DNA of 64,000 nt from Salinispira sp. (lineage in GTDB: Bacteria; Spirochaetota; Spirochaetia; DSM-27196; Salinispiraceae). Positions 10,788 through 20,722 of this stretch are shown here, one piece after another (within the stretch, counting starts at the first letter, position 1; each line of letters starts with the position of its first letter). The position numbers and the translations under genes were made by a program. The notes below the pieces were generated by a model, which saw only the letters and a program-made list of their open reading frames with translations, had not been told where the DNA came from and made no database searches. The stretch is from contig CBDDDG010000021.1 in the NCBI GenBank assembly GCA_965226555.1, positions 224,001-288,000 of the forward strand, given 5' to 3'.

Positions 10788-11860
10788 CGATTGCTCGCCC
10801 ATGCGACTGTTGCTGAGACGGTGGGCTCAGGTCAATATCCCAAAATAATAGAAACTTTTTGAAAAACTTTCTCATATTCACCGTTTATATTTTACCCGTC
10901 TATATGGTATGAGCAAAAAATATATCGACACAGAGCATACCAGCCCCCCATTCCCGACTCCCCGAAAAAAATTCACAAATTCTTTCAAATTCTTTTCAAA
11001 AACATAGTTAAAAATGACTTTTCTCCCGTTATAGATATAGAGGGGAGAATTCACCATGGGACCATGTCGCCATGGGAACTCCCCTATTAAGAAAAAAACG
11101 TTCAGAAAAAACATTCAGGAGGATTGTATGATCGATTTCAAAGAAAAACCCGCCCCCGTTCCCTACGACCAAGGCTACCGATCCCTGCTGTTCCAACCCG
11201 CAATAATGCTCCAATTTCTTCAACGCTTTGTTGGAGGCGCATGGACAAAAAAGCTGCGCCGTGAAGATATTACCATCGAAAACGGTACCTTTTTCATTGA
11301 CCATGCGAAAACACGAATGGCCGACATTGTCTGCAAAATAACGCAGAAGGATCACACGGGAGATGTTGCTATCTATGTGCTCCTTGAGCATCAGTCTGGA
11401 GTGGACAAAGACATGCCCATCCGCATGTCGGAATATACGAATCTTCTCTATCGGAACATTCACCGCTCCGGCGCAATTCCCGATGACTGCGAATTGGTAT
11501 TTCTGCCCATTGTATTCTATAATGGAACGAGAAAATGGAAGGTGCCCGGGAATGTCAGAAAGCAACGGAAGCGGAAATTCCCGCAGTATCTTGCTCCTTT
11601 TCCCTACGATCTTATTAGCGAGAACGATTATTCTGCGGAACAGCTACAGCAGCGGGGAAGAATGTTTGCGGCTGTTATGTACCTTGATCTGTACTCGAAA
11701 AATCTGCTGAATACGGATTGGGACATTCGGAAGGTAGAGAAAGCGATAGCAGAAATGCTGAATGAGGAATCGCTGGAGCTGATAAAGGAATTTATCGGCG
11801 TGGTAGATTCTATGTTTGGAATTGTTATAGACTTCGATACGTTAATGAACCAATTAGAAG

Positions 11861-11986
11861 CAAAGTTTTGCCAGAGGCAAAACTTTCTATAAAATTGGAG
11901 AATGCTAAGCACAAAGAAAGCATTCCAAATTTGAAACTTTTGCTACTGGAAATTGTGCTTGCACAATTTTCCAATGCAAAAGTTTC
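11861..11986 (+). mobile_element. 126-bp three-hairpin MITE-like element
   Basis: Absent from paralogues at 37332 and 23210; termini CAAAGTTTTGC/GCAAAAGTTTC; flanks AGAAG/AGAAA. Confidence 0.85.
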
Positions 11987-12026
11987 AGAAAGAACAAAAG
12001 AACCGAGAGGTAAGGAGGTAGCAAAA

Positions 12027-12275
12027 ATGTTCAGAATGAATGCGGAAACATTCAGAGCGCGCATTGCGGAGATGGGTCGGCAGGAAGGACTTCAGACAGG
12101 ACTGCGAACAGGTCGGCAGGAAGGACTACAGACAGGTCGCGCGGAGGGGCATATTGAGGAGCGGAGAAAAAACGCCCGCAGTATGTTTTCCATAGGACTT
12201 TCAGCAGATGACGTTCGGAAGGTTACCGGGCTGAGCGATGAGGAAATGCGGACAGTGCGGAACGGATCGCAGTAA
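12027..12275 (+). CDS. intragenic small Rpn protein (RpnS-type), 82 aa
   Basis: TAAGGAGGT 7 nt upstream of in-frame ATG. Confidence 0.7.
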   Translation: MFRMNAETFRARIAEMGRQEGLQTGLRTGRQEGLQTGRAEGHIEERRKNARSMFSIGLSADDVRKVTGLSDEEMRTVRNGSQ

Positions 12276-12465
12276 TTATCGCTGTTCGGCCTGCTCGCAT
12301 AGCGGATAATATCAACATTCAGATCAACCTCACATACCAGTTCCTTCAGAGAATGCTCAGATATTCAGGGACTTCATATATTCATACTTCAACCGGTCTG
12401 CGTTGATTGTGTGTCGGTGGTATGTAAGAAATCAACTCTGTAGATGTTAATAACGTACATGTTTC

Positions 12466-13389
12466 CTATCGGCCTATGTACGGCGCTGGATCGCGGTTTT
12501 CTCCCAGATAAAAGAGCTCAAAATGAAGATGATTCCCGGTTGAGCGCCCTGTTGATCCCGATGTTCCAATTTCTTCACCGCTGCGGACGGTACTGCCCTC
12601 TTCAACATACATTGTTTCAAGATGAGCATAGAGGCTCGCATATCCTCTGCGATGTTCAATTCTGATGTATTTCCCGTATATGGGATCATTTCCGAGCTCG
12701 CTCACTGTTCCTTCGGCAGCACTTCTCACGGTAAATGTGGAGGTTGGTACCAGATCAATACCGTAGTGGAACTGCGTTTTTCCGGTGAATGGGCTTCTGC
12801 GCAGTCCATAGCGCGATGACACATAACTTCCCGGCAGAGGGTTCTGAAAAAGCGCGCTGAAAAATGCCCGACGCTCAAGGCCGGTGAAATCGCTGCCGCT
12901 GACGTATCTCCACATTCCATCGGAAAAGGGAATGCTGAAGGGCTCACTCAGCTCTATACCTGCATCAGCATCGGATACGAGCCTGCGGCTAATGAGTTTT
13001 TCGAAATCGCTTATCGGTTCTTCGGGAATAAACATTCCAGGGACATTCGGAATAAATATTCGTTTTCCCGGGGGCGGTAACTTGGGAGTGTCCAGCCGGT
13101 TTATGGTTGTTATGCTCGATTGCGGCAGGTTGAGCTTTGCGGCAAGAGAAAAGAGGGTATCGCCATCCTTTACACGGTATTGATATATGCTGAGTTCAGG
13201 AACAAGGGTGTTTACTGCCCGCGCCCGATAAAATGCCTGTATATCATCGCCGATCTGCTGAAATAAATTGTCGCGGCTATCGAGGCTGCTCAGTTCAGGG
13301 AGGATCTGAGCATCCAATTGAGCATCCAATTGAAACCGTGAGACAATGAACAGCAGAGTAAGAAAAAAGAGCCTTATTGAAATGCGCAC
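12466..13389 (-). CDS. LysM + M23 metallopeptidase (GTG start inferred)
   Basis: YRVKDGDTLFSLA; HYGID, YAHL, STGNHLHFE. Confidence 0.9.
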   Translation of the reverse strand: MRISIRLFFLTLLFIVSRFQLDAQLDAQILPELSSLDSRDNLFQQIGDDIQAFYRARAVNTLVPELSIYQYRVKDGDTLFSLAAKLNLPQSSITTINRLDTPKLPPPGKRIFIPNVPGMFIPEEPISDFEKLISRRLVSDADAGIELSEPFSIPFSDGMWRYVSGSDFTGLERRAFFSALFQNPLPGSYVSSRYGLRRSPFTGKTQFHYGIDLVPTSTFTVRSAAEGTVSELGNDPIYGKYIRIEHRRGYASLYAHLETMYVEEGSTVRSGEEIGTSGSTGRSTGNHLHFELFYLGENRDPAPYIGR

Positions 13390-13392
13390 CGT

Positions 13393-13400
13393 GCCGATAA
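13393..13400 (+). promoter_or_regulatory. sigma28-type -10 element
   Basis: Exact GCCGATAA 7 nt before flgF ATG; -35 non-canonical. Confidence 0.6.
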
Positions 13401-13407
13401 GTATAGC

Positions 13408-14271
13408 ATGATACGAGGACTTTACACAGGCGTTTCCGGTATGATGACTCAGCAGCATACCATGGATACTATTTCCAATAATTTAGCCAATGTTAATACC
13501 AGTAGTTATAAGGAAGATATTTCAGTACACAAGGCCTTCCCTGAGCTTCTTCTCCGCCGAATGAACACCGAACTCACCGAACTTCCCATAAGCTCCACAG
13601 CGCCTCACCTCGGATCGGTCGACAGAGCGCCGGTAATAGGTAAGCTTGGAACAGGAGTGGAGCAGAATGAGGTTTTTACTGTTTTTGCGCAGGGATCAAT
13701 GCAGGAAACCGGAAATTCCTTTGATCTTGCTCTCGACGGAGAAGGATTCTTCATTCTCAATACCCCCTACGGCCAACGCATGACCCGAAACGGAAGTTTT
13801 CTTATTGGAGCCGAGGGTCTTTTGGTAAATAAGGACGGCTATCCCGTGCTTGGGGAGAATGGTCCAATTTCGGTGAAGGCGAATAACTTCATTGTTGATC
13901 AGGATGGGCGGGTTTTTCAGAATGATCGTTTCGCAAATGATCCGCTTCGGCTTGTTTCGGCCATTGAAAATCAATGGGAAGATACCGTCCTTGTCGATAC
14001 CCTGCTCATTGCCGAAGTTGATGAATACCGATACCTTCAGAAGCAGGGTTCCAGTATGTACAGGGATACATGGGAAAGCGGTGAAATCCGTATTATTGAA
14101 GAAAATCGTCCTCAGGTACGGCAGGGCTTTCTGGAGACATCCAATGTGAATCCCATTGTTCAAATGGTGAAGATGATAGAAGTAAACCGGGCATATGAGG
14201 CAAATCAGAATGTTATTCAGTCGCAGGATGAGGCGACAGAAAAGCTTATTAATCAGGCAATGCGATTTTAA
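13408..14271 (+). CDS. flgF: flagellar basal-body rod protein FlgF (FlhO)
   Basis: ISNNLANVNT, TRNGSF, GFLETSNVN; precedes flgG. Confidence 0.88.
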   Translation: MIRGLYTGVSGMMTQQHTMDTISNNLANVNTSSYKEDISVHKAFPELLLRRMNTELTELPISSTAPHLGSVDRAPVIGKLGTGVEQNEVFTVFAQGSMQETGNSFDLALDGEGFFILNTPYGQRMTRNGSFLIGAEGLLVNKDGYPVLGENGPISVKANNFIVDQDGRVFQNDRFANDPLRLVSAIENQWEDTVLVDTLLIAEVDEYRYLQKQGSSMYRDTWESGEIRIIEENRPQVRQGFLETSNVNPIVQMVKMIEVNRAYEANQNVIQSQDEATEKLINQAMRF

Positions 14272-14292
14272 TCGGCATGTGAGGAGAAGAAT

Positions 14293-15087
14293 ATGATACG
14301 ATCATTGTGGACAGCAGCTTCAGGAATGATTGGGCAACAGTTCAATATCGATACTATTTCAAACAACCTGTCAAACGTGAACACAACAGGTTTCAAACAG
14401 AACAGGCCCGACTTTGAAGATCTCCTCTATCAGACACAGCGTACCGCGGGAACGCCTGCAACAGAGCTGACACTCGTACCTGTCGGCGTTCAGGTTGGTC
14501 ATGGGGTGCGGGTTGCGGCCACTCAGAAAATTTTCACCCAAGGTTCGCTGCAGAATACCGGCAATGTCGGCGATATGGCCATAGAAGGTGAGGGCTTCTT
14601 TCGGGTACTTCAGTACGATGGATCATACGGATATACCAGAGATGGAGCTTTCAAAATTGATAGCAACGGTCAGTTTGTCAATTCAAACGGATATCGTCTG
14701 ATCCCTGAAATTATTATGCCGGAAGGATTCATCAGGGAGTCGGTTGCGGTTAGTCAGGATGGACGGGTTACTGTTCGAATTCCCGGACTTGATGATCCAA
14801 TTGATGTCGGCCAAATTGAACTGTACCGCTTCGTCAATCCGGCAGGATTACAGGCTGTTGGAGAAAATCTTTTTACAATAAGCGGCGCAAGCGGAGACCC
14901 CATAGGCGGACAGCCCGGCTTTGACGGCATGGGACAAACCATTCACCGTTTTCTGGAAACATCGAATGTGGAAACCGTTAAGGAAATGGTTAACCTCATT
15001 GTTGCCCAGCGCGCCTATGAATTTAATTCCAAATCGATACAAACCTCAGATACCATGCTGGGAATTGCCGCAAATCTGAAGCGATAA
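14293..15087 (+). CDS. flgG: flagellar distal rod protein
   Basis: MIRSLWTAASGM, FEDLLYQ, YTRDGAFK, AQRAYEFNSK. Confidence 0.96.
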   Translation: MIRSLWTAASGMIGQQFNIDTISNNLSNVNTTGFKQNRPDFEDLLYQTQRTAGTPATELTLVPVGVQVGHGVRVAATQKIFTQGSLQNTGNVGDMAIEGEGFFRVLQYDGSYGYTRDGAFKIDSNGQFVNSNGYRLIPEIIMPEGFIRESVAVSQDGRVTVRIPGLDDPIDVGQIELYRFVNPAGLQAVGENLFTISGASGDPIGGQPGFDGMGQTIHRFLETSNVETVKEMVNLIVAQRAYEFNSKSIQTSDTMLGIAANLKR

Positions 15088-15122
15088 GAAACCTTCGATA
15101 ATTTTCACCTGTGGAGAGGATA

Positions 15123-15440
15123 ATGAATACAATAGATATTATAGGACAGTTTCAGCAGCAGGACATTCCTTCTCTGCGGCAGAACAGCTCACCGGATAAG
15201 CTGGAAGAGGTTGCTCAGGAATTTGAATCGATCTTTGTGAAGATGATGTTAGATACCATGCTCGCAAGCCGAAACCAGGAAAACAACCTGACCTATGGCG
15301 GAATGGCAGAAGATATTTTTGAAGATATGCTGTATACTGAATATTCCCGTCAAATTGCAAAAAATGGCGATTTTGGTATTGCCGAAATGATCATCAATCA
15401 ATTTTCATCCGATCGCCATACATCCAACCGCCATATATAG
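15123..15440 (+). CDS. flgJ: rod-binding protein, short FlgJ without muramidase
   Basis: LEEVAQEFESIFVKMML..GGMAEDIFEDMLY..GIAEMI. Confidence 0.85.
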   Translation: MNTIDIIGQFQQQDIPSLRQNSSPDKLEEVAQEFESIFVKMMLDTMLASRNQENNLTYGGMAEDIFEDMLYTEYSRQIAKNGDFGIAEMIINQFSSDRHTSNRHI

Positions 15441-15570
15441 GATGCATTTCAGAACTGCGATATGTATACATAAGTATACACATTTTCCCTCTGTTGCCCA
15501 GCGTGAAATTCCTAACTTTATAAATTGTTACAATAAAACGATATACATCTGCGCTTTGGCTTTAGCATAA

Positions 15571-15588
15571 TTGGCATGATTTTTGCTT
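15571..15588 (+). promoter_or_regulatory. sigma54 -24/-12 promoter
   Basis: TTGGCATGATTTTTGCTT, exact GG-N10-GC spacing. Confidence 0.85.
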
Positions 15589-15620
15589 ATTGTTACTTGC
15601 AGAGGGTAGAGAGTAGGGCA

Positions 15621-15738
15621 TGCAAAACCTTCCAGTAATATCAAAATAGGAGAATGCTATGCACACAGAAAGCATTACGGATCGGAAACTTTTGCATTGG
15701 AAAATTGTGCTTGCACAATTTCCAGTAGCAAAAGTCTC
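15621..15738 (+). mobile_element. MITE-like element copy overlapping the rpoS RBS and 5' end
   Basis: Aligns with reverse complement of 49671-49795 (aaaataggagaatgcta.gcaca.agaaagcatt...gatcggaaacttttgcattggaaa...). Confidence 0.85.
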
Positions 15739-16564
15739 TCATAAATTTACTGAAGATATTTTTTCTTCATATTACGATGAAATAAAAACCTTTGATCTCT
15801 TAAGCGCAGAGGATGAGGCTGTACTTTCAAAGAAAATTCTAAAAGGCGATGAGAAGGCAAAAAAAATACTTATAGAGGCCAACCTCCGGCTTGTTGTAAA
15901 AATTGCTCATGAATATCTGAATTCCGGACTTCCCGTACTGGATCTTATTCAGGAGGGAAATTTTGGTCTCATAACCGCATCGGAAAAATTCGATTACCGA
16001 AAAAATGTCCGCTTCAGCACCTATGCTTCTTGGTGGATAAAGCAGACTATTTCACGGTCAATTGCAAACAAGAAACGTGTTATTCGAATTCCGTACCGCA
16101 AGGAAGATGCGCTCCGAAAGATAAAAGCTGTTTTTAACGTTCTTTCGCAGGATGAAGGCAGTAATCCCACATATGAGGATGTGGCACGTTACCTGCATAT
16201 GCCATATTCAGAACTTATTGAAATTTTGAATGTGAGCGAGAATGTAACCAGTCTCGACAGGCAGGTATCATCAGAACAGGTTAATATCTACGATTTATAC
16301 GAAGATTATTCCTATGCTCCGAACAGGGAACTTCTTCAGGAAAGCGCAGAAAAAAATCTTCGTGATCTTGTTGATAGACTCGACAGCAAGGAACGCTTTG
16401 TCATTATCAAACATTACGGCCTGTGGGAAAACGATAAGCTCACATTTAAGCAGCTCAGCAGAATACTTGAAATAAGTCCAGAGACTATTCGCCAAATTGA
16501 AATTCGGGCGCTCAAAAAACTTCGTCAGCAGGCAAAAATACCTGAGGATTATGCCATAGCATGA
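15659..16564 (+). CDS. rpoS: RpoS-type group 2 sigma factor
   Basis: [39 protein letters not shown]; no region 1.1; Borrelia-like position after flgJ with sigma54 promoter. Confidence 0.8.
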   Translation: MHTESITDRKLLHWKIVLAQFPVAKVSHKFTEDIFSSYYDEIKTFDLLSAEDEAVLSKKILKGDEKAKKILIEANLRLVVKIAHEYLNSGLPVLDLIQEGNFGLITASEKFDYRKNVRFSTYASWWIKQTISRSIANKKRVIRIPYRKEDALRKIKAVFNVLSQDEGSNPTYEDVARYLHMPYSELIEILNVSENVTSLDRQVSSEQVNIYDLYEDYSYAPNRELLQESAEKNLRDLVDRLDSKERFVIIKHYGLWENDKLTFKQLSRILEISPETIRQIEIRALKKLRQQAKIPEDYAIA

Positions 16565-16651
16565 TCAGTCGGCGTTGCGCTTATGGTTGAATTCGCAGCG
16601 GCGATGATCTTAACTTGATGTACGCATATGTTCCATGGTAAAATAGCTCGT

Positions 16652-17725
16652 ATGAAAATTTCAGCCCTGCCTTCTCTGCCTATTTCTTTTTCTTTGGCAA
16701 TACTCCTTATGCTCCTCATCTTCCCCGCGCTCGCATCCTGCAGTTCCACCCGTCCGCTCACCCGCAATGCTGAAGGCGGCGAAAAATATCCCGAAACCGA
16801 ATACCTCACAGCAGAAGGAAGCGGCAGTTCGCGCCGCGCCGCCGAAGAAGACGCAGTGAAAAACCTTGCCCGCATCTTCCGCTCCACCATTGAAACCGAC
16901 ACGAGAGCCCTTGAATCGTACCGCTCCCTGACACGCGGCGGCTCCGAATTTACCGAACGGGAAGCAGAAGTAATTAACAGCATATCCATACGCGCCAATC
17001 AGGAGCTCATAAACGTTAAGTTTAGCGCTCCCGTTACCGACTCATCCGGTCTCATACACCTGACCTCCTATATCAACAGAGAAGAAACAGGCACTATCTA
17101 TCGGGATATCATCCGTAAGAACAGCCTCCGCATAAGCGCTTTTCAGAATTCAGCCCAATCGGCAGACAGTCTTATACGGGCCTATGCCCATACCTATGCT
17201 GCCCATGTAACCGCCCTCATGAATGAACGCCTTGCGGAGCAGCTGCTGATTATAAACCCCGACATTCACCGGAGTCTTTCCTCCGTTCTCCTCCATGGCA
17301 GCTCGGCAGAAATTGAAGTGAATATGGCATCGTTGTTGACTGAAATGATCTTTCACGTTGATGTGGAGGGAGATGATGGTACCATTGCTTCATTCATTGC
17401 CGGGGAGCTGAGGTCTCTGGGGTTTTATACCGATGGCAACGATGGCAGCGATGAAAACGGGGAGAATGCCGCCCTTCGCATATGGGGGAATTTCAATGTC
17501 AATATGTTTTCCGGCAGGTATGAAACGATTATGTGGAATGTTGTTCTGGCGCTTGTCGATGAAAATGGACGAAGTTCCGTATTTATGGATGCTGCGGACA
17601 GGGAGCAGGCCCTTGATGAGGATACGGTGAAGGCGCTTGCTCTGCAAAGTATTAAAAAGCGTATTACAACAGATTTCACACAGAAATTTTCCGACTATTT
17701 GACAGGTATCATAGATGATGAGTAA
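16652..17725 (+). CDS. LPP20-family lipoprotein
   Basis: Lipobox LASC; YLTAEGSG..AEEDA..NLARIF. Confidence 0.7.
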   Translation: MKISALPSLPISFSLAILLMLLIFPALASCSSTRPLTRNAEGGEKYPETEYLTAEGSGSSRRAAEEDAVKNLARIFRSTIETDTRALESYRSLTRGGSEFTEREAEVINSISIRANQELINVKFSAPVTDSSGLIHLTSYINREETGTIYRDIIRKNSLRISAFQNSAQSADSLIRAYAHTYAAHVTALMNERLAEQLLIINPDIHRSLSSVLLHGSSAEIEVNMASLLTEMIFHVDVEGDDGTIASFIAGELRSLGFYTDGNDGSDENGENAALRIWGNFNVNMFSGRYETIMWNVVLALVDENGRSSVFMDAADREQALDEDTVKALALQSIKKRITTDFTQKFSDYLTGIIDDE

Positions 17726-17781
17726 TCTGGTAGTAGACATGTGTTTGAATTACCGGTATTCTGATCGGTAGCAGGTATAAA

Positions 17782-18504
17782 ATGGATAAAATGGGGAACA
17801 AAAAAATACTTATTGTTGATGATGAACCGGTTAATCTCGAATTTTTCGATCTTATGTTTTCTAAGCTGGGCTTCGAGGTAGAAAAGGCCGGCAATGGCGA
17901 AGAAGGACTTGAGAAGGTACAGGAATTTGAGCCTGATCTTATTCTTCTCGATAACATTATGCCGAAGCTTTCCGGCAGGGAAGTTGTGAAAATTCTGAAG
18001 ACCGATGAGGAATTTGCGGAATATTCACACATTCCCGTTATTATGTTTTCTGCCATTGATGATATTCAGACAAAGATTGAAGGTTTTGACCTTGGAATTG
18101 AGGATTATATAACAAAGCCCTTTAACTTTATGGATGTTCTTGCGCGGGTAAAGTCGGTGCTCCGGCATTGTGACCTCAGCAAGCAAATTATTCAGCGTGA
18201 AGATCGAATCGCTCTCATTGAAAGAATGAATAAGCGGCTCACAAAATTTACCAATCATATTAAAGAACCGATGAGCAGTGTTCTCAAAACGACAGAAAGT
18301 CTGGATGCGGGAAATGAAGCCGAAGTCGGCGATTTTCTGCAGGAGCTGTCAGTTGAAATTAAACGAATACTGGTAACCATTGCGGCGCTTGAAGAAGAAG
18401 TTGCGGAGCAGCGGTCTCAGAGAGACAAGCTCAGAGAAAATGAGATCAGCTTTGAAGGTCTTGACAAGGAATATAAAAAACATTTCAGCAACTATTCAGA
18501 CTGA
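17782..18504 (+). CDS. response regulator (receiver + coiled coil)
   Basis: ILIVDDE, PDLILLDNIMP, DYITKPF. Confidence 0.9.
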   Translation: MDKMGNKKILIVDDEPVNLEFFDLMFSKLGFEVEKAGNGEEGLEKVQEFEPDLILLDNIMPKLSGREVVKILKTDEEFAEYSHIPVIMFSAIDDIQTKIEGFDLGIEDYITKPFNFMDVLARVKSVLRHCDLSKQIIQREDRIALIERMNKRLTKFTNHIKEPMSSVLKTTESLDAGNEAEVGDFLQELSVEIKRILVTIAALEEEVAEQRSQRDKLRENEISFEGLDKEYKKHFSNYSD

Positions 18505-18565
18505 TACAAAGTTTTGCAGAATCTACGGCAGTACTATCTACGGCAGCAGAACTTACGGAGCACTC

Positions 18566-18988
18566 ATGACATCATTTTTTGACCGGCAAATGCTTGAAAA
18601 TACCCAAACCCGCCTCGGTTCTGAAACATTTCTCAAGGGCGATCTGAAATTTACCGAAAGCATGCGTATACGCGGCCGTTTTCACGGTAAAATATCTGCG
18701 GGCGGATTTTTGTATATTGAAACAGGGGCTGAGATAGAAGCCGATATTTTTGTCCACGATGTGGTCATTGACGGCACCGTTCGGGGAAACATTGAGGCAA
18801 GAGGTGTTATTGAAATGCTGGAAAATGCCCGGGTATATGGTAATGTCCGTTCTCAGAAATTGAGAATTGCGGATGGCGTTGTGTTTGAGGGTCGTTGCGA
18901 AATGATCGGGAAGACAGAGAACATTGATATTTTTTCCCTGCCAATTTCAGAGCAGCGGGCTGAAATAGTAAAAACTACCAGAATATAG
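18566..18988 (+). CDS. bactofilin (polymer-forming cytoskeletal protein)
   Basis: beta-helix repeats VVIDGTVRGNI..IADGVVFEGRCEM. Confidence 0.9.
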   Translation: MTSFFDRQMLENTQTRLGSETFLKGDLKFTESMRIRGRFHGKISAGGFLYIETGAEIEADIFVHDVVIDGTVRGNIEARGVIEMLENARVYGNVRSQKLRIADGVVFEGRCEMIGKTENIDIFSLPISEQRAEIVKTTRI

Positions 18989-19017
18989 TTGACAGGGTAT
19001 ATAAAACCATATACGCT
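18989..19017 (+). promoter_or_regulatory. sigma70 promoter for rho
   Basis: TTGACA-N17-TACGCT. Confidence 0.65.
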
Positions 19018-19075
19018 GACGGTACGTTACATACATGCAATAATCTTCCTTGTAATTGTTTTTTCTGTATATAAC

Positions 19076-19202
19076 GAAATTTTTGCAAAATATAAAACTT
19101 TCTATAATATTAGGAGAATGCTAAGCACATAGAAAGCATTCCGAACCTGAAATTTTTACTACTGGAAATTGTATAAGCACAATTTTCCAATACAAAAGTT
19201 TC
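19076..19202 (+). mobile_element. degenerate full-length MITE-like copy in rho leader
   Basis: Colinear with 11861-11986. Confidence 0.8.
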
Positions 19203-19224
19203 TACTATTTTTCATGGAGACATA

Positions 19225-20640
19225 ATGGCAATCATAAAAAAGAAACGAGGAGCACCTTCTCCTTCAGAAAGCCGGCAACCGGAAATTCCCGATTTCGCAG
19301 AACAAAATCAGCCTCATCTTGCACCATCACCATCTGCGCCATCGACATCATCGAATGGCAACAATCGTTCTCTGAGTATTAATGAGCTCATTACCACCCC
19401 GCTGAAGGGTCTGCGGGATCTTGCTGGGCAAATGGGAATAAGCAAGGAAAACATGAATGCTCTCAAGAAGCATGAAATTATTTTTGCTATTCTTAAGACG
19501 CATACTGAGAAAAACGGTAACATTTATGCCTATGGGAGTCTTGAGATTCTGCCCGACGGCTATGGCTTTCTTCGGTCTCCGCAGAATTCCTATCTTCCTG
19601 GTCCTGATGATATTTACATGTCGCCGAGTCAGATTCGTCTGTTCAACCTGAAAAAGGGCGATACCGTCTACGGTCAGATACGCACACCCAAGGACAGTGA
19701 ACGTTTTTTTGCCATGACCCGCATTGAATCGGTCAATTTCGATACTCCATCGGTTGCGCAGACGCGTATTCCCTTTGACAATCTTACCCCGCTCTATCCT
19801 GATGAACGCTTCAATTTAGAGACAAAAAACGGTGAAAGTTCTACCCGGATGATTAATCTTTTCTGTCCGATCGGAAAGGGTCAGCGCGGACTTCTCGTTG
19901 CCCCCCCGCGGACAGGAAAAACCGTTCTCCTTCAGAGAATTGCCAACGCAATTACCGAGAATCATCCCGAGGTCTACCTCATCGTTCTTCTCATTGATGA
20001 GCGTCCTGAAGAAGTAACCGACATGCAGAGGAATGTAAAGGCTGAAGTAATTAGTTCTACCTTTGACGAGCAGGCGAACCGGCATGTTCAGGTAGCCGAA
20101 ATGGTTATTGAAAAAGCCCGCCGCCTCGTTGAACATGGCCGCGATGTGGTCATACTTCTCGATTCCATTACCCGCCTTGCGCGAGCCTATAACCAAACAG
20201 TTCCAGCCTCGGGGAAGATACTCTCCGGCGGGGTCGATTCCAATGCCCTGCATAAGCCCAAGCGTTTCTTCGGCGCTGCCCGGAACATTGAGGAGGGAGG
20301 AAGCCTTACCATTGTTGCGACTGCCCTCATTGAGACCGGCAGCCGTATGGACGAGGTTATTTTCGAAGAATTCAAGGGTACCGGAAATATGGAGGTAAAT
20401 CTTGACCGTAAAATGGCTGACCGCCGCCTGTATCCTGCTATTAACATTAAAAAGTCGGGTACACGGAAAGAGGATCTTCTGCTGGAAGAGAATGAACTAC
20501 AGAAGATGTGGATCCTGCGTAAGGTTATCAATCCTATGGAAGATGTTCAGATTCTTGAACTCCTTATTGACAGAATGCGCAAGACAAAGAATAATGAAGC
20601 CTTCCTTCGGTCGATGAATACATCGCCGACCGGAGAATAA
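19225..20640 (+). CDS. rho: transcription termination factor Rho
   Basis: [37 protein letters not shown]. Confidence 0.98.
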   Translation: MAIIKKKRGAPSPSESRQPEIPDFAEQNQPHLAPSPSAPSTSSNGNNRSLSINELITTPLKGLRDLAGQMGISKENMNALKKHEIIFAILKTHTEKNGNIYAYGSLEILPDGYGFLRSPQNSYLPGPDDIYMSPSQIRLFNLKKGDTVYGQIRTPKDSERFFAMTRIESVNFDTPSVAQTRIPFDNLTPLYPDERFNLETKNGESSTRMINLFCPIGKGQRGLLVAPPRTGKTVLLQRIANAITENHPEVYLIVLLIDERPEEVTDMQRNVKAEVISSTFDEQANRHVQVAEMVIEKARRLVEHGRDVVILLDSITRLARAYNQTVPASGKILSGGVDSNALHKPKRFFGAARNIEEGGSLTIVATALIETGSRMDEVIFEEFKGTGNMEVNLDRKMADRRLYPAINIKKSGTRKEDLLLEENELQKMWILRKVINPMEDVQILELLIDRMRKTKNNEAFLRSMNTSPTGE

Positions 20641-20642
20641 TA

Positions 20643-20703
20643 CAAAGTTTTGCAGACGCGCAGAAGCGCAGGTTTTGCAGAAACGCAAACGCACAAAAGT
20701 TTC
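20643..20703 (+). mobile_element. 61-bp element variant with same termini and different interior
   Basis: CAAAGTTTTGC...CAAAAGTTTC; flanks TAATA/TAAAA. Confidence 0.6.
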
Positions 20704-20722
20704 TAAAAGAATAGGTGGAATC

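Larger units (their letters stand above)
11128..12275 (+). pseudogene. Rpn family nuclease copy 1, interrupted by palindromic element
   Basis: ADIV..LLEHQS..MPIRM.EY..PIVFYNG; near-identical to intact 36605-37681 apart from a 131-bp insertion. Confidence 0.9.

Noticed and set aside
10820..10842. aatatccca resembling the IS right end
   Set aside because: Only ~9 bp match
11868..12026. ORF extensions such as MPEAKLSIK, MQRRKNK (49627) and MHFAKLC (25097)
   Set aside because: Read-through of the repeat element; true RBS-led starts lie downstream
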